Part shown: piece by piece, positions 19,814 through 30,196 of the stretch
Layout: every line of letters starts with the position of its first letter
How positions within the stretch are numbered: the stretch's first letter is position 1
Source: Candidatus Bathyarchaeia archaeon
Lineage (GTDB): Archaea > Thermoproteota > Bathyarchaeia > Bathyarchaeales > Bathycorpusculaceae
Direction of reading: 5' to 3'
NCBI GenBank assembly: GCA_038883775.1
Contig: JAVZLM010000006.1
Coordinates: 64,001-128,000 of the forward strand
Length of the DNA stretch: 64,000 nucleotides
Made by a program: the position numbers and the translations under genes
Notes under the pieces: generated by a model
What the model saw: only the letters and a program-made list of their open reading frames with translations
The model's database searches: none
What the model was told of the DNA's origin: nothing

Positions 19814-20554
19814 TTATATTGCCCTTTTCTTCTTTTGTCCAGCACCCCTCGCTGCTATTAAACCAACCTTTTGCCCAGGTGGCGCTCCATGAGAAGTTGT
19901 TGTAACTTTCCTCGCACTTCTTTTGCTACTACCATAGGGGTGTACAGCAGCAACCATCGCCCTGCCACGAGTTCTCGGATACTTACGTCCCCTCGCCCTC
20001 ATTAAATGAAATTTCACACCAGCCTTCAAAAAGGGTTTCTCTGTTCTGCCAGCCCCAGAAACAACACCAATAGTTGCTCTACAGCGATCATCAATGTATC
20101 TGGTCTTTCCGGAAGGAAGCCTAATTATGGTTCCTTGACTAGTATGTGTAACAACCATAGCGTATGCGCCAGAAGATTTTGCGATTTTTCCGCCATCGCC
20201 TGGACGGAGCTCTATGTTACATATCATGGTGCCTTCTGGGATTTTCCCTATGGGAAGAATGTTGCCCACATCCACTGGGGCGTTTCCGCCAATTTGGATT
20301 TGCTGTCCCAAGTATAGCCCTTCTGGAACCACAGTATAGCACGTTTCACCATTTTCAAACCTTATTAAGGCTAGAGGTGTGCCCCGTCCAGGGTCGTGAA
20401 CGAACTCTTCAACAACCCCTTTTATTGTCTTTTCAAAATACTCTTCTGTCGTCACGATTGTGGGGTATTGCGATGGGGCTACTCTTTTGTGGGTTGCTGC
20501 CCGAAATGTGGGGGCACCGCGCCCACGTCTTTGAACTCGAATTCTTTTTCCCAT
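19814..20554 (-). CDS. rpl2: 50S ribosomal protein uL2
   Basis: MGKRIRVQRRGRG, HDPGR, RLPSG, PPGQKVGLIAAR. Confidence 0.97.
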   Translation of the reverse strand: MGKRIRVQRRGRGAPTFRAATHKRVAPSQYPTIVTTEEYFEKTIKGVVEEFVHDPGRGTPLALIRFENGETCYTVVPEGLYLGQQIQIGGNAPVDVGNILPIGKIPEGTMICNIELRPGDGGKIAKSSGAYAMVVTHTSQGTIIRLPSGKTRYIDDRCRATIGVVSGAGRTEKPFLKAGVKFHLMRARGRKYPRTRGRAMVAAVHPYGSSKRSARKVTTTSHGAPPGQKVGLIAARGAGQKKKRAI

Positions 20555-20575
20555 AAATCATTCCTCTACAAACGC

Positions 20576-20836
20576 TTACAATATTCCAAGCTTGATTGCG
20601 ACATCTGCCGCTTTATAGTCTGGATGAAGCTTAACAAACGCTTTCTTTTCCCCTTGAGGGGTGATTTGAATGTTTACCTTTTCAACTTCAACCTCGTAAA
20701 GCTGCTCAACAGCCCTTTTCACATCTTTTTTGGTTGCCTTAAGATTAACTATGAATACGAGCTTGTTTTCCTTTTCAACCATTAAGCTGGCGGCTTCTGT
20801 CATCAAAGGATAAAGTATAACTTCATGGGGGTCCAT
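20576..20836 (-). CDS. rpl23: 50S ribosomal protein uL23
   Basis: P-MTE, ENKLVFIV, KKAFVKL. Confidence 0.96.
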   Translation of the reverse strand: MDPHEVILYPLMTEAASLMVEKENKLVFIVNLKATKKDVKRAVEQLYEVEVEKVNIQITPQGEKKAFVKLHPDYKAADVAIKLGIL

Positions 20837-21618
20837 TAGGCTTTGCCTCCAAAAAGCTCATCAAGCTTCTCAATTGCCCCCCGCGTCCAAATGGTGAGCC
20901 TACCCGGATGCGCTCCCGGAGCAAGAATTTCAGCATTTAAACTGTTAAGCGTGACCACATCTAAGCCTGGAATGTTTCTTGCCGCTTCCATTATCCCCTT
21001 ATTTTCATTCACAACTATGAGGGGTCCAACAGCTTGTTTTATTTTTCTTCCTCTACGCTTGCCTTTTCCAGCGCGGATGTTTCTGCTTTCTTTAACTCGG
21101 TAAACATCTGAAAATACGCCCAATTGTAGTAGAGCTTCTTCAACTTCTTTTGTTCTTTTTAACTCCTCAATATTATCTGTGACTATAAGCGGGATTTGTG
21201 GAACATCCTCAATGGCATGGTTTCGAGAAGCTACAACTTCTTTGCGGGCCGTTGCGGCAATTGCCGAAAGCAACGCAAGCTTTTTCTCCTTCTTTGGGAT
21301 TTTTTTTACAATCTTTTTATTAGAAGTTGGTGGGTGTGCTGCTCTTCCGCCAACCGTTCCCGGAGCGAAAGCTCCTCTCGCACCTGGTCCTTTAACTCTT
21401 GGGATTCTTGCTATGCCAAGGTCTACTCCTCTGGATTCCGCTGTGGTTCTTTTTCCAGCCATGGAGTCTCTGCCTTGAGGTTGAATTCTGCTTGATTGTA
21501 TTGCTAATACGGCTCTTTTTATGACGTCTGGTCTTAAAGGAGTTTCAAAGACCCGCGGCAGCTTTATTTTTCCAACTGGTTTTCCTTGAAGGTTAAAGAC
21601 GTTTACTGTCCTTGGCAT
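20836..21618 (-). CDS. rpl4: 50S ribosomal protein uL4
   Basis: RPDVIKRAV, ARIPR, RAGKGK-RGR, LAPG-HPGRLT. Confidence 0.96.
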   Translation of the reverse strand: MPRTVNVFNLQGKPVGKIKLPRVFETPLRPDVIKRAVLAIQSSRIQPQGRDSMAGKRTTAESRGVDLGIARIPRVKGPGARGAFAPGTVGGRAAHPPTSNKKIVKKIPKKEKKLALLSAIAATARKEVVASRNHAIEDVPQIPLIVTDNIEELKRTKEVEEALLQLGVFSDVYRVKESRNIRAGKGKRRGRKIKQAVGPLIVVNENKGIMEAARNIPGLDVVTLNSLNAEILAPGAHPGRLTIWTRGAIEKLDELFGGKA

Positions 21619-21630
21619 TTGTTCTCACCG

Positions 21631-22644
21631 CTACTTTCCTTGAGGGGATTCAAGGGATATTTGGGTGATTCGCGGCAATTCTTCAATGGCTTGTTTTGGT
21701 GGGCGGGCTGGATAACGCAGTTTTATTGGGCGTTTTTCTGGTCCTGGCACACTTCCATCAAGCAGAATGTACGGTCCGCGGACTATGCCATATCTTATAA
21801 AGCCACCTTTTGGTGTCACTTCTTTTCCGTCACTTCCTATTTTGAGAATTCGTTTGTTGTATTCGGTTCTTTGGTGGAACCCCATTTGTCCAGCTCTTGG
21901 AATGCTATACATTACGTGGTGGGGGTTCCATGGACCTAGGGTGGCTATGCCCCTTTTTGTTTTTCTTCCTTTATGCTGAAGAATGGTTACGCCCCAACGT
22001 TTTACTGGTCCTTGGAAGCCTTTTCCAGTGGAGACGGCGATGACGTCTACGTATTGTCCTTCTTTAAAAATTTCTGTTGAGTTAACAGTTTTTCCAAGCA
22101 GGTTTTTTGCATATTCAAACTGTTGTTGGATTGTTCCTCCGCCTACTTCAATTTCTGTTATATCTGGTTTTTTCTTTGGCACGCTGGTTTGTTTTGGCTG
22201 GGTTATGGCGATAACTCGGATTTTTGTAGTTTTACCCAGGTTTTCTTCAATTTTTTTGAGGTTTTCTTCTGTGTTGAAATTTTCTGGGATGGTGAAAACT
22301 CTTTCAAGCTCTTCTGGAGGGTCTTTCATCCACGCTTCTGTGATAGTTTGTAAGCCATAAGCATTCTTTGTGTAGGCTCTAACGGCGCATATAAGCATCG
22401 GCGGAGTTTCTATAACGGTTGCGGCTCGCATGACTTCTTTTCCATAATTTGGCGAGCGTTTCCTATCTTCTATTGCAAATACGTAGGTCATGCCAGCCTT
22501 ATAACCAATATAGCCCAAAAGCCTAGGAGTGTCAGCCACTATTTTTGGCCAAAAGCGTATTCTAGCCAATAATCTTTTAGCACGTTTCCTAGGCAAATAA
22601 GCAAGCGAACCGTGCTTTGGCGCATGAGTTTTTCGGTGACCCAT
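21631..22644 (-). CDS. rpl3: 50S ribosomal protein uL3
   Basis: PKHGSL, GYKAGMT, GKGFQGPVKRWG, GQMGFHQRTEYNK. Confidence 0.97.
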   Translation of the reverse strand: MGHRKTHAPKHGSLAYLPRKRAKRLLARIRFWPKIVADTPRLLGYIGYKAGMTYVFAIEDRKRSPNYGKEVMRAATVIETPPMLICAVRAYTKNAYGLQTITEAWMKDPPEELERVFTIPENFNTEENLKKIEENLGKTTKIRVIAITQPKQTSVPKKKPDITEIEVGGGTIQQQFEYAKNLLGKTVNSTEIFKEGQYVDVIAVSTGKGFQGPVKRWGVTILQHKGRKTKRGIATLGPWNPHHVMYSIPRAGQMGFHQRTEYNKRILKIGSDGKEVTPKGGFIRYGIVRGPYILLDGSVPGPEKRPIKLRYPARPPKQAIEELPRITQISLESPQGK

Positions 22645-22818
22645 TGTTTCTCGCTTCGCGTCTTTTAGGAATGAGAATAAGGGGTTATAAACGTTACCGT
22701 TATGCGTCTAGAAAAGACAATTTTTGGAACGAATTTTATCCAATACGGGATAGGCCCTCTAGGTTTTTGCCTTAGTAAATGTTATAAAGTGAGGGATAAA
22801 ATCTTTTAGGGGTTCAAC

Positions 22819-23448
22819 GTGTCAGATATTGCGTCTAAAGTTGCTTTTGCCCTTTATAATTCTGGATGCTTAAAGTTCGGCATTTTCAAGATTAAATCTG
22901 GGGCTATAAGCCCCTATTACATTGACTTGGCCGCCTTACTTTCATCACCAAAAAATTTATCCACAATTGTGAACATGGCAGCAGAAAAAATCAAAGAAAT
23001 TATGAAGACTGAAAAAATAGACAAGTTAGCCTCCATCGAATTGAAAGGCGCTCTAATAGTGCCGAGCATAGCATGTGAAGTAGACTTGCCATGCACCATA
23101 GTAAGAAAAGAAGACAAAACATATGGAGTTGCTGGAAGGATTGCTGGAGCAGAAATTGTTGAAGGCGAAAACATACTCTTCTTTGATGACGTCATCACAG
23201 AGGGATTATCTAAACTTGAGGGAATAAAAGCATTAGAAATGCATGGGGCGCATGTTAAAAACGTGATGGTGGTTGTAGACAGAGAAGAAGGCGGCAAAGA
23301 AAAACTTGAAAAATTAGGGTATAAAGTACATGCTTTAGCAAAAGTTTCCGAACTTGTCAACTTTCTCTTTAAATCAGAACATATTTCGCAAGAGCAAAGA
23401 GATGCCGTCTTAAATTACACTAAGAAGACGCTAGAATTAGTTCAGTAA
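22819..23448 (+). CDS. pyrE: Orotate phosphoribosyltransferase
   Basis: F-IKSG-SPYYID, RKE-K-YG, DDVIT-G PRPP motif, VDREEGG. Confidence 0.9.
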   Translation: MSDIASKVAFALYNSGCLKFGIFKIKSGAISPYYIDLAALLSSPKNLSTIVNMAAEKIKEIMKTEKIDKLASIELKGALIVPSIACEVDLPCTIVRKEDKTYGVAGRIAGAEIVEGENILFFDDVITEGLSKLEGIKALEMHGAHVKNVMVVVDREEGGKEKLEKLGYKVHALAKVSELVNFLFKSEHISQEQRDAVLNYTKKTLELVQ

Positions 23449-24255
23449 CTGACATTTTGGGCAAATGTATGAAGACGTGCTTCCGGTTTTAATCTTTTCT
23501 ATAGGCGTCTTACATCTAGGGCATGGTTGTCTTGTTTTGTAGCCAACCAAGAATTCTTTTATAGTTAGTCTACCTTTTTGTCCATAAATGTCTTTTTCAT
23601 AGGCTAACCCGCCAAGTTGGATGGCACGATTTAACACATCCCGAATCGCATGGTATAACTTGCATATCTCTTTTTCAGAAAGCGTTGAAATTTTTCGGTT
23701 TGGATGCAGCTTAGCTTCAAAAAGTATGTCTTGTATGTAAACATTTCCTATACCTGCAACATTCTTCTGGTCAAGCAAGAAATTTTTTATTACAGTCTTT
23801 TTGCCTGTCAACAATTTCTTGAAGTGTTCCAGCGTGAATTCTTCGTCTATGGGAGAAAAACCAAGATGGGCTGTAAGCTTATGTTTGTTTAGGTCTGTTT
23901 CTTTGAGAAGGTGAATATAGCCGAACCACTGGAAATGTATTGTGAAACCTGTTCCGTCGTCAAAGATTAGTTTGAATTGGTATTTTTCCGGAAGCTTCTG
24001 GCTTGGAGTGAAATAAAGCAGATCGGCGTTCATTCCAAGGTTAATAAGCATGTAATATGACGGATTCAGCTTTATGAAAATCCACTTTCCTTTGCCTATA
24101 ACTTTTTCGAGTTTTTCCCTTAGAAATTTTCACGAATTCTTGAATCGACAGGTTTAGGTTTTTGGCTGTCTGGCTTCGATGTTGGCGATGCATTTCTCTT
24201 TGATTTCATCATCCAATTGCCTAGCTTTTAATATTATTTCTGGTAGCTCTGGCAT
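23437..24255 (-). pseudogene. mutM: Fpg/MutM-type DNA glycosylase, disrupted near 5' end
   Basis: ATG 24255 encodes catalytic MPELPE; in-frame TAA/TGA caused by two compensating frameshifts at about 24160-24110; then GKGKWIF, LLDQ-VAGIGNVY and C-terminal CPRC...CPKCQ zinc finger. Confidence 0.85.
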
Positions 24256-24263
24256 AAGATAAC

Positions 24264-24564
24264 TTACCAATCAAGTTTTTCATCTAAATAACAATAGCCA
24301 TAATCCACTTTCTGGCGCATTTCCTCAGCCCACTTGTCGGCGCCAATAATTTTAATCCAGCCATCTAGAATTTTCTCATATTCTGCGTAATGCTGAAAAA
24401 GCTGGTTCCCATCTTGCTAGTTCTGGGGCGATTTTGTCAAAGCCATATGCTTTTGTAACTTTTCGAAGGTTTTCAACAGCCTGTTTTATTTTTCCTTGAT
24501 GTATTCCGCATGCGCAACAGTATAAACCGCAACATCCCACTAAATTTTTGTTAGATTCTGTCAA
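24264..24564 (-). pseudogene. DUF3795-like Cys-rich protein, frameshifted and internally deleted
   Basis: GCCGLYCCAC start; central Cys cluster missing; C-terminal IKIIGADKWAEEM remnant in another frame. Confidence 0.65.
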
Positions 24565-24639
24565 CAGAAGACACCTTGTGCATACTGCTAATCATAAAGA
24601 TGTAGTTAAGCTTTCCCAGAAAAAGAGTAATTTACAGAT

Positions 24640-25188
24640 TCAATGTGCTTTTAATATTACATTTAGTATTTTTTGGGCGCATTCTTTAGGCTTAAATTTA
24701 GTAGTATCAATAGTTATTTCTGGATTTAATGGCGCCTCATAAGGCTGTCCAAAACCAGGAACCGTGGGCGCCTTACCTTCCAACGCTTTAGCGTAGATTT
24801 GTTTTGGTGCATGGTAAGTTTTTCCTCTTTCAGCTTCACGTTTCATACAAACTTCTAAGGGACATTCCAAATATACTTCTATGAAACGTGGGATTTGTTT
24901 TCTGGCATTTTCTCGATAACGTCTCAAATTTCCAGTGGCATCAATGATAACATTTACTCCATTTTGCGTCAAAAGTTTGGCAATGTAAACAAGGGCGGAA
25001 TAAACTATGTCACGTTCTTCTAGGGTGTACGTTGGCTTGGGAGTTAAAACCTTACGTAAGGCATCTGAAGCCAAAAGCTGAGCGTTAATGTCGTTTTCTT
25101 TAAGAAGTTTGAGTAATGCTTCAGAGACAACGGATTTACCGCTTCCTGGCAAACCAGTAATCCAAACACACCAGCCTTCTTTAACCAT
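24640..25188 (-). CDS. Adenylylsulfate kinase-like P-loop kinase
   Basis: WITGLPGSGKS, RYRENAR, FIEVYLECPLEVC-RE, PYEAPLNPE. Confidence 0.85.
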   Translation of the reverse strand: MVKEGWCVWITGLPGSGKSVVSEALLKLLKENDINAQLLASDALRKVLTPKPTYTLEERDIVYSALVYIAKLLTQNGVNVIIDATGNLRRYRENARKQIPRFIEVYLECPLEVCMKREAERGKTYHAPKQIYAKALEGKAPTVPGFGQPYEAPLNPEITIDTTKFKPKECAQKILNVILKAH

Positions 25189-25594
25189 GAGCTTCGCTCC
25201 CATAAAACAAATCTAATGACAATTCATGCATAAATCCTCTCAAAAACTCATATTCTCCTATCTTAAACAAGTGGCTTACACATTTGCAATCAGAAGAACC
25301 AAACCCTTGCATGGGAAACCCACTTTCACTTATAATCTTGGCTACATCACACTCACTAAAGGATTCTTGCACAGTAAAAACCCTCAAAACTTTTATACAG
25401 TCGCCATTGAGCAGATAGTCTATGTGCCAAAATTTTGGCTTATCCTTCCTCAAATGGCGTTTTATCCTTTTGTTTAAGCCCTTTTTGGCTGAAATGCCCT
25501 TCTCAAAATTTACGTTCCCCAAAGCACCTATGTTCACGTTAATGTTTTTGTTAACTTCGATGACTAAAACATACACACTGTTCACTATGCTCAT
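25181..25594 (-). CDS. DUF123 / GIY-YIG (Uri) nuclease family protein, probably degenerate
   Basis: VYVL...IGALG...RIKRH...WHIDYLL...EC...GFGSSDCKC-SHL present, but the Y-YVGSA motif is missing. Confidence 0.7.
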   Translation of the reverse strand: MSIVNSVYVLVIEVNKNINVNIGALGNVNFEKGISAKKGLNKRIKRHLRKDKPKFWHIDYLLNGDCIKVLRVFTVQESFSECDVAKIISESGFPMQGFGSSDCKCVSHLFKIGEYEFLRGFMHELSLDLFYGSEAHG

Positions 25595-25598
25595 CCAT

Positions 25599-25727
25599 TT
25601 AGGAATTATTAGGGTTGTACCATTTCAAAATTTCAGCAATAGCCTCATCAGAATAGCCCATCTCTTTAAGCTGCCTCTTCAAATCCTCAATCAGTTCATC
25701 AGCCAAATCAGACGCCACAAACACCAA
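25599..25727 (-). CDS. Small acidic helical protein (about 40 aa)
   Basis: Read manually: (M)VFVASDLADELIEDLKRQLKEMGYSDEAIAEILKWYNPNNS*; stop 4 nt before the next gene. Confidence 0.55.
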   Translation of the reverse strand: MVFVASDLADELIEDLKRQLKEMGYSDEAIAEILKWYNPNNS

Positions 25728-25772
25728 AATTCAATCCAAAACTATTTATCCTTTACCCTCAACGCTTAAGCC

Positions 25773-26242
25773 ATGTCAAACCAAAAACTACTCCACCACG
25801 TAACCTACTGCGGCTTATACTGCAAACTATGCGCACAACAAAGTCGCATACCAAAACAAGCATCTCAACTAAAGCAAAGTCTCCACGAAGAAGGGTTTGA
25901 CGACTTTTACCAATATGTTCAGAGATGAAAGAAGTTTTCCCCATATTCTGGCAGTTTCTACAAAAACTTACAACATTCGACTGCAACTGCAGAGTTAGAA
26001 AAGGCGGACCGCCAGACTGTAAAATCCGCAACTGCGCTAAAGAGAAAGACATAGAAGTTTGCCCTCAATGCAAAGATTATCCATGAATGCTTATCAAATC
26101 GCTGGCAGAACATTACCCAACCTTAATCCAAGATGGAAAACGCTTACAAAAAGTTAGCATAGAAAAATGGATTAGGGAACAAGAGGAAAGAGCTAAGCGG
26201 GGAGTAGTTTACGCTGACATACGCTACAAAACAGAAAGCTAA
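25773..26242 (+). pseudogene. DUF3795-like Cys-rich protein, frameshift plus nonsense codon
   Basis: MSNQKLLHHVTYCGLYCKLC...; frameshift at about 25920; CNCR...CKIRNCA...CPQCKDYP-TGA; ends YKTES*. Confidence 0.75.
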
Positions 26243-27360
26243 ATTTCGTTAATGTAGGAGTTTACATTCTCCAAATCGAATCTTTCAAACTGCAAAACAT
26301 TCCTCACAAAGTTTAGAAGTTTTATGCGAACATCCTTGCTTAAGTTGGGGTACCAAATTGGCGAAGCAACAACCAATCCACGCCATGCATAGAAGGGTTG
26401 AACCACTTCAAGAATTTCCCAATCATCTGTTTTTTCTAAATAGTTTTTCCAGAACAAACGGAACAGACGTTCGAAAACTCCAGTTAACTTGCCATATTTT
26501 TGCAGAGAATAAAAAATGTAGTTGATTGTCATGGCGGTAACGTCATCTGCAGGCTCACCCCATTCACCTCGGCTGCGGTCTAAAACTGTAAAGTCTGTAC
26601 CCTTGCAGAACATGATGTTCCATGGATGAAAATCGCCGTGCACTTGACTGAGCCTATGGGCTTTACGTTTGAGCCTCCAACGCCAAATGATGCAGTTTCG
26701 TTCAATATCAATTAAATCTGACTCGTGAACGAAGTCAAGTTCGGATGGATAACTATCCAACAAGCCCATAATACATTCACCATGCCCAACAAGTTCGCGG
26801 GCACGTCTAACATAAAGCCATGGAGCATCCCGCTTAATCTTGTGAATTTCGACAAGGTAATCCGACAAAACCGAACAGCGTTGCTCATCCAACCTGCTTA
26901 ACTGTCCGGTCTTTTTTAAACGGTCAAGGTCAAAATGGTATAGTTTGCCATCAACAAGTTCGGTTAATATGAAAAATTCGCCACAATCACCCAAAGATTT
27001 CAAACCATCGCCTTTTACGGTAAAAGCGCCTACATCAATTGAACGCACATGACGCGGTAAGTTATTGAATGCGGAATGCTGCCAAAGCAGAATTTGCGCC
27101 CTATCAGAGAAATAATCGTGCCCAAACCCTTCAGAACGCATAGTCTCCAAAACAACTCGCTTAGTAACGCCATCAACTATAAACTCAATGACGTATGGAA
27201 TGCCATATCCAAAACCTTTCAAATCCTTTGAAGCCTCAGACCTTTCAGAACCAAGTCTCCAAACTCCACAAATCTTCACATCAGCATTATAGAGGGAAGA
27301 TAAATATCCGCACAGAACATTTTCGGAAACTTTTAGTTGATTACTTCTTTTTGTTGCCAT
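26239..27360 (-). CDS. Aminoglycoside phosphotransferase / choline kinase-fold kinase
   Basis: HGDFHPWNI catalytic loop, LDRSRGEWGEPADD. Confidence 0.85.
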   Translation of the reverse strand: MATKRSNQLKVSENVLCGYLSSLYNADVKICGVWRLGSERSEASKDLKGFGYGIPYVIEFIVDGVTKRVVLETMRSEGFGHDYFSDRAQILLWQHSAFNNLPRHVRSIDVGAFTVKGDGLKSLGDCGEFFILTELVDGKLYHFDLDRLKKTGQLSRLDEQRCSVLSDYLVEIHKIKRDAPWLYVRRARELVGHGECIMGLLDSYPSELDFVHESDLIDIERNCIIWRWRLKRKAHRLSQVHGDFHPWNIMFCKGTDFTVLDRSRGEWGEPADDVTAMTINYIFYSLQKYGKLTGVFERLFRLFWKNYLEKTDDWEILEVVQPFYAWRGLVVASPIWYPNLSKDVRIKLLNFVRNVLQFERFDLENVNSYINEI

Positions 27361-27471
27361 TTGCCCTCACTACAATAACCTATTGCCACAATTAAGGCTT
27401 AAGGTAAAAGCTGTACTTAAGTATATAAACAGATTATCTTGACTTCAGTAATGTATCCCATGGCGATTTAA

Positions 27472-28827
27472 ATGAATATACTAATCCAAAACGGAACAAT
27501 CTTAACAATGCATAATGGTAAAGTTATCCGCCAAGGCGCCGTTGCAGTAGAAGAGGAAATAATTGTTGATGTTGGAAAAACTAACGAATTAAAAAGAAAG
27601 TATGGAAGAGGCTACGAAAAAATAGATGCAAAAAATAAAATAGTCATGCCAGGCTTTGTCAACACGCATCAGCATGCAGCCATGAGCTTATTACGAGGAT
27701 ATGCTGACGATTTACCACTACAAGAATGGTTGGAAAAATGGATATGGCCAATAGAAAAACACATGACCGCCCATGACATTTACGTTGGAGCTTTATTAAC
27801 CGCTGTGGAGTCCATAATGGGTGGAACAACAACAGTCAACACAATGTACCATTACACGCCAGAAGAAAACGAGGCAAAAGCCTTCGCCGACGCTGGCTTA
27901 AGAGGAATAATCGGACATGTTTGTTTCTCATGGAGAAAAGAGGAGGATAGAAAAGCTTTATGGAATTTAGCTAAAAACTGGCATAACAAAGAGAAAGGAT
28001 TAATCCGGGTTAGCGTGGACCCCCATGCACCATACACTGTTGACCCAGAATATATGAAAGAACTAAAAACCATAAGAGAGGAGTTGACGGAAAAGTTTGG
28101 CTCGGAAATTGCGCCAATCATTTGGCATACGCATATTGCTGAAACAAGCGATGAAAAAGAAAAAATCCGAAAAGCCTTCGACGTCCAAATTAAAAATGGA
28201 ATCATGGCATACTTAGATTCTTTAGAAGTTTTGAATGAGAAGGTGGTTGCAGCCCACTGTGTAGCAGTAACAAATGAAGATATAGAGATCATGGAAAAAA
28301 GGAGCGTTAAAGTTTCGCATAATCCAATTTCAAATCTTAAACTTGCTTCTGGAATAAGCCCTGTTCCAAAAATGTTAGAAAAAGGCATAACAGTTTCCTT
28401 AGGCACAGACAGCCCATGCTCAAACAATACTGCAGACATGCTTGAAACCATGAAAACAGCCGCCCTCTTACATAAAGGAATAAACAAAAACCCAACCCTT
28501 CTGCCAGCGGAAAAAATTTTGGAAATAGCCACCATAAACGGCGCAAAGGCGTTGGCTTGGGATAAGGAAATAGGTTCAATAGCTGTGGGCAAAAAAGCAG
28601 ATTTAATTGTTGTCAACTTGAAAAAACCTCATCTTAATCCCATGCATAATGAAACAAGCCACATGGTTTACGCTGCAAAATCCTCTGACGTGGAAACTGT
28701 AATGATAAATGGCAAAATAATCATGGAAAATCGAACATTAAAAACGCTAAAAGTTGAGAGAGTTATGGCGCTTGCGGAAAAAACAAAAAATAATCTTCTT
28801 AGGCGAGCAAGCGCCAATATTAAATAG
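27472..28827 (+). CDS. mtaD: MTA/SAH/5'-deoxyadenosine deaminase (amidohydrolase)
   Basis: PGFVNTHQH, PHAPYT, HTHIAET, HNPISNLKLASG, GTD; adjacent to ahcY. Confidence 0.88.
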   Translation: MNILIQNGTILTMHNGKVIRQGAVAVEEEIIVDVGKTNELKRKYGRGYEKIDAKNKIVMPGFVNTHQHAAMSLLRGYADDLPLQEWLEKWIWPIEKHMTAHDIYVGALLTAVESIMGGTTTVNTMYHYTPEENEAKAFADAGLRGIIGHVCFSWRKEEDRKALWNLAKNWHNKEKGLIRVSVDPHAPYTVDPEYMKELKTIREELTEKFGSEIAPIIWHTHIAETSDEKEKIRKAFDVQIKNGIMAYLDSLEVLNEKVVAAHCVAVTNEDIEIMEKRSVKVSHNPISNLKLASGISPVPKMLEKGITVSLGTDSPCSNNTADMLETMKTAALLHKGINKNPTLLPAEKILEIATINGAKALAWDKEIGSIAVGKKADLIVVNLKKPHLNPMHNETSHMVYAAKSSDVETVMINGKIIMENRTLKTLKVERVMALAEKTKNNLLRRASANIK

Positions 28828-28836
28828 TTAGTTTTA

Positions 28837-30120
28837 ATGAGCATAAAAGAGAAGGCGTTTAAAATGGAAAATTTCAGAGTAAAAGATACAATCCTCGCCT
28901 CTAATGGGCGTCTGCAAATAGAATGGGCATCAAAACACATGCCAGTCCTAAACCAAATAAAAGAAAGATTCCAAAAAGAAAAACCCCTAAAAAACTTAAC
29001 CTTAGGCGCATGTTTACATGTAACAAAAGAAACAGCCGTTCTCATTGAAACTTTTCTTGCTGGAGGAGCCAAAGTTGCACTATGCGGTTCAAACCCGCTT
29101 TCCACACAAGATGATGTTGCAGCTGCCCTTGCAGAAAAAGGCGTGAATGTTTTTGCTTGGAGAGGACAAACAACAGAGGAGTATTACTGGTGTATTGAAA
29201 GGGTGATAGACTGCAAGCCAATAATAACTCTTGATGACGGCGCAGACTTGGTTGGAACAATTCACAACAAAAGAGCCGAAGCGCTGCCAAACATTAAAGG
29301 AGGAACTGAAGAAACAACCACTGGTGTCCTACGATTAAGAACTATGGAAAAAACTGGCGCACTAAAATATGCGATAATAGCCGTAAACGACGCTTTCACA
29401 AAATATTTGTTTGACAACAGATATGGAACGGGACAAAGCACAATAGACGGAATCCTGAGAGCTACAAACATCCTTTTAGCAGGCAAAAACTTTGTTGTTT
29501 GCGGTTATGGATGGTGCGGAAGAGGAATAGCCATGAGAGCGCAAGGAATGGGCGCAAACGTAATAATAACTGAAGTGAACCCGTTAAGAGCTTTGGAAGC
29601 GGCAATGAACGGTTTCCGCATAATGCCAATAGCCGAAGCGGCAAAAATAGGCGACATATTCGTAACAGCCACGGGTGACATAAGCGTTATAAGGAAAGAG
29701 CACATGCAAAAAATGAAAGATGGGGCAATTTTAGCAAACAGCGGTCACTTCAATGTCGAAATAAACTTGAAAGAGTTGAAAGAATTAGCAGTTTCAAAAC
29801 GCATCATAAGACCAAACCTTGAAGAATACACATTAAAAGATAGAAGAAAACTGTATCTTCTAGCTGAAGGAAGACTTGTGAACCTAGCATCAGCGGAAGG
29901 ACACCCATCAGAGGTTATGGACATGTCATTTGCAAACCAAGCCCTCTGCGTTGAATACTTAGCCAAAAAAGAAAAAATGCCACCAAAGGTTTACGAAGTC
30001 CCCAAAGAAGTGGATGAAGTTGTGGCGAGGTTGAAGCTTAACGCAATGAAAATAGAAATAGACGAATTGACTGAGGAGCAGAAGAAGTATTTGGCAACAT
30101 GGGAAATGGGAACGACATAG
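28837..30120 (+). CDS. ahcY: S-adenosylhomocysteine hydrolase
   Basis: [55 protein letters not shown]. Confidence 0.97.
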   Translation: MSIKEKAFKMENFRVKDTILASNGRLQIEWASKHMPVLNQIKERFQKEKPLKNLTLGACLHVTKETAVLIETFLAGGAKVALCGSNPLSTQDDVAAALAEKGVNVFAWRGQTTEEYYWCIERVIDCKPIITLDDGADLVGTIHNKRAEALPNIKGGTEETTTGVLRLRTMEKTGALKYAIIAVNDAFTKYLFDNRYGTGQSTIDGILRATNILLAGKNFVVCGYGWCGRGIAMRAQGMGANVIITEVNPLRALEAAMNGFRIMPIAEAAKIGDIFVTATGDISVIRKEHMQKMKDGAILANSGHFNVEINLKELKELAVSKRIIRPNLEEYTLKDRRKLYLLAEGRLVNLASAEGHPSEVMDMSFANQALCVEYLAKKEKMPPKVYEVPKEVDEVVARLKLNAMKIEIDELTEEQKKYLATWEMGTT

Positions 30121-30196
30121 AATTAAAACCGAAAGCCATGGTAAACTTTTTAAAGCTTAAACGAATAAACATGGCTTTTAAAGGGTGATGATATAA

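Noticed and set aside
26084-26086. In-frame TGA at a Cys position in the DUF3795-like gene as selenocysteine
   Set aside because: The same gene also has a frameshift and no SECIS-like hairpin was evident; a nonsense mutation is simpler.
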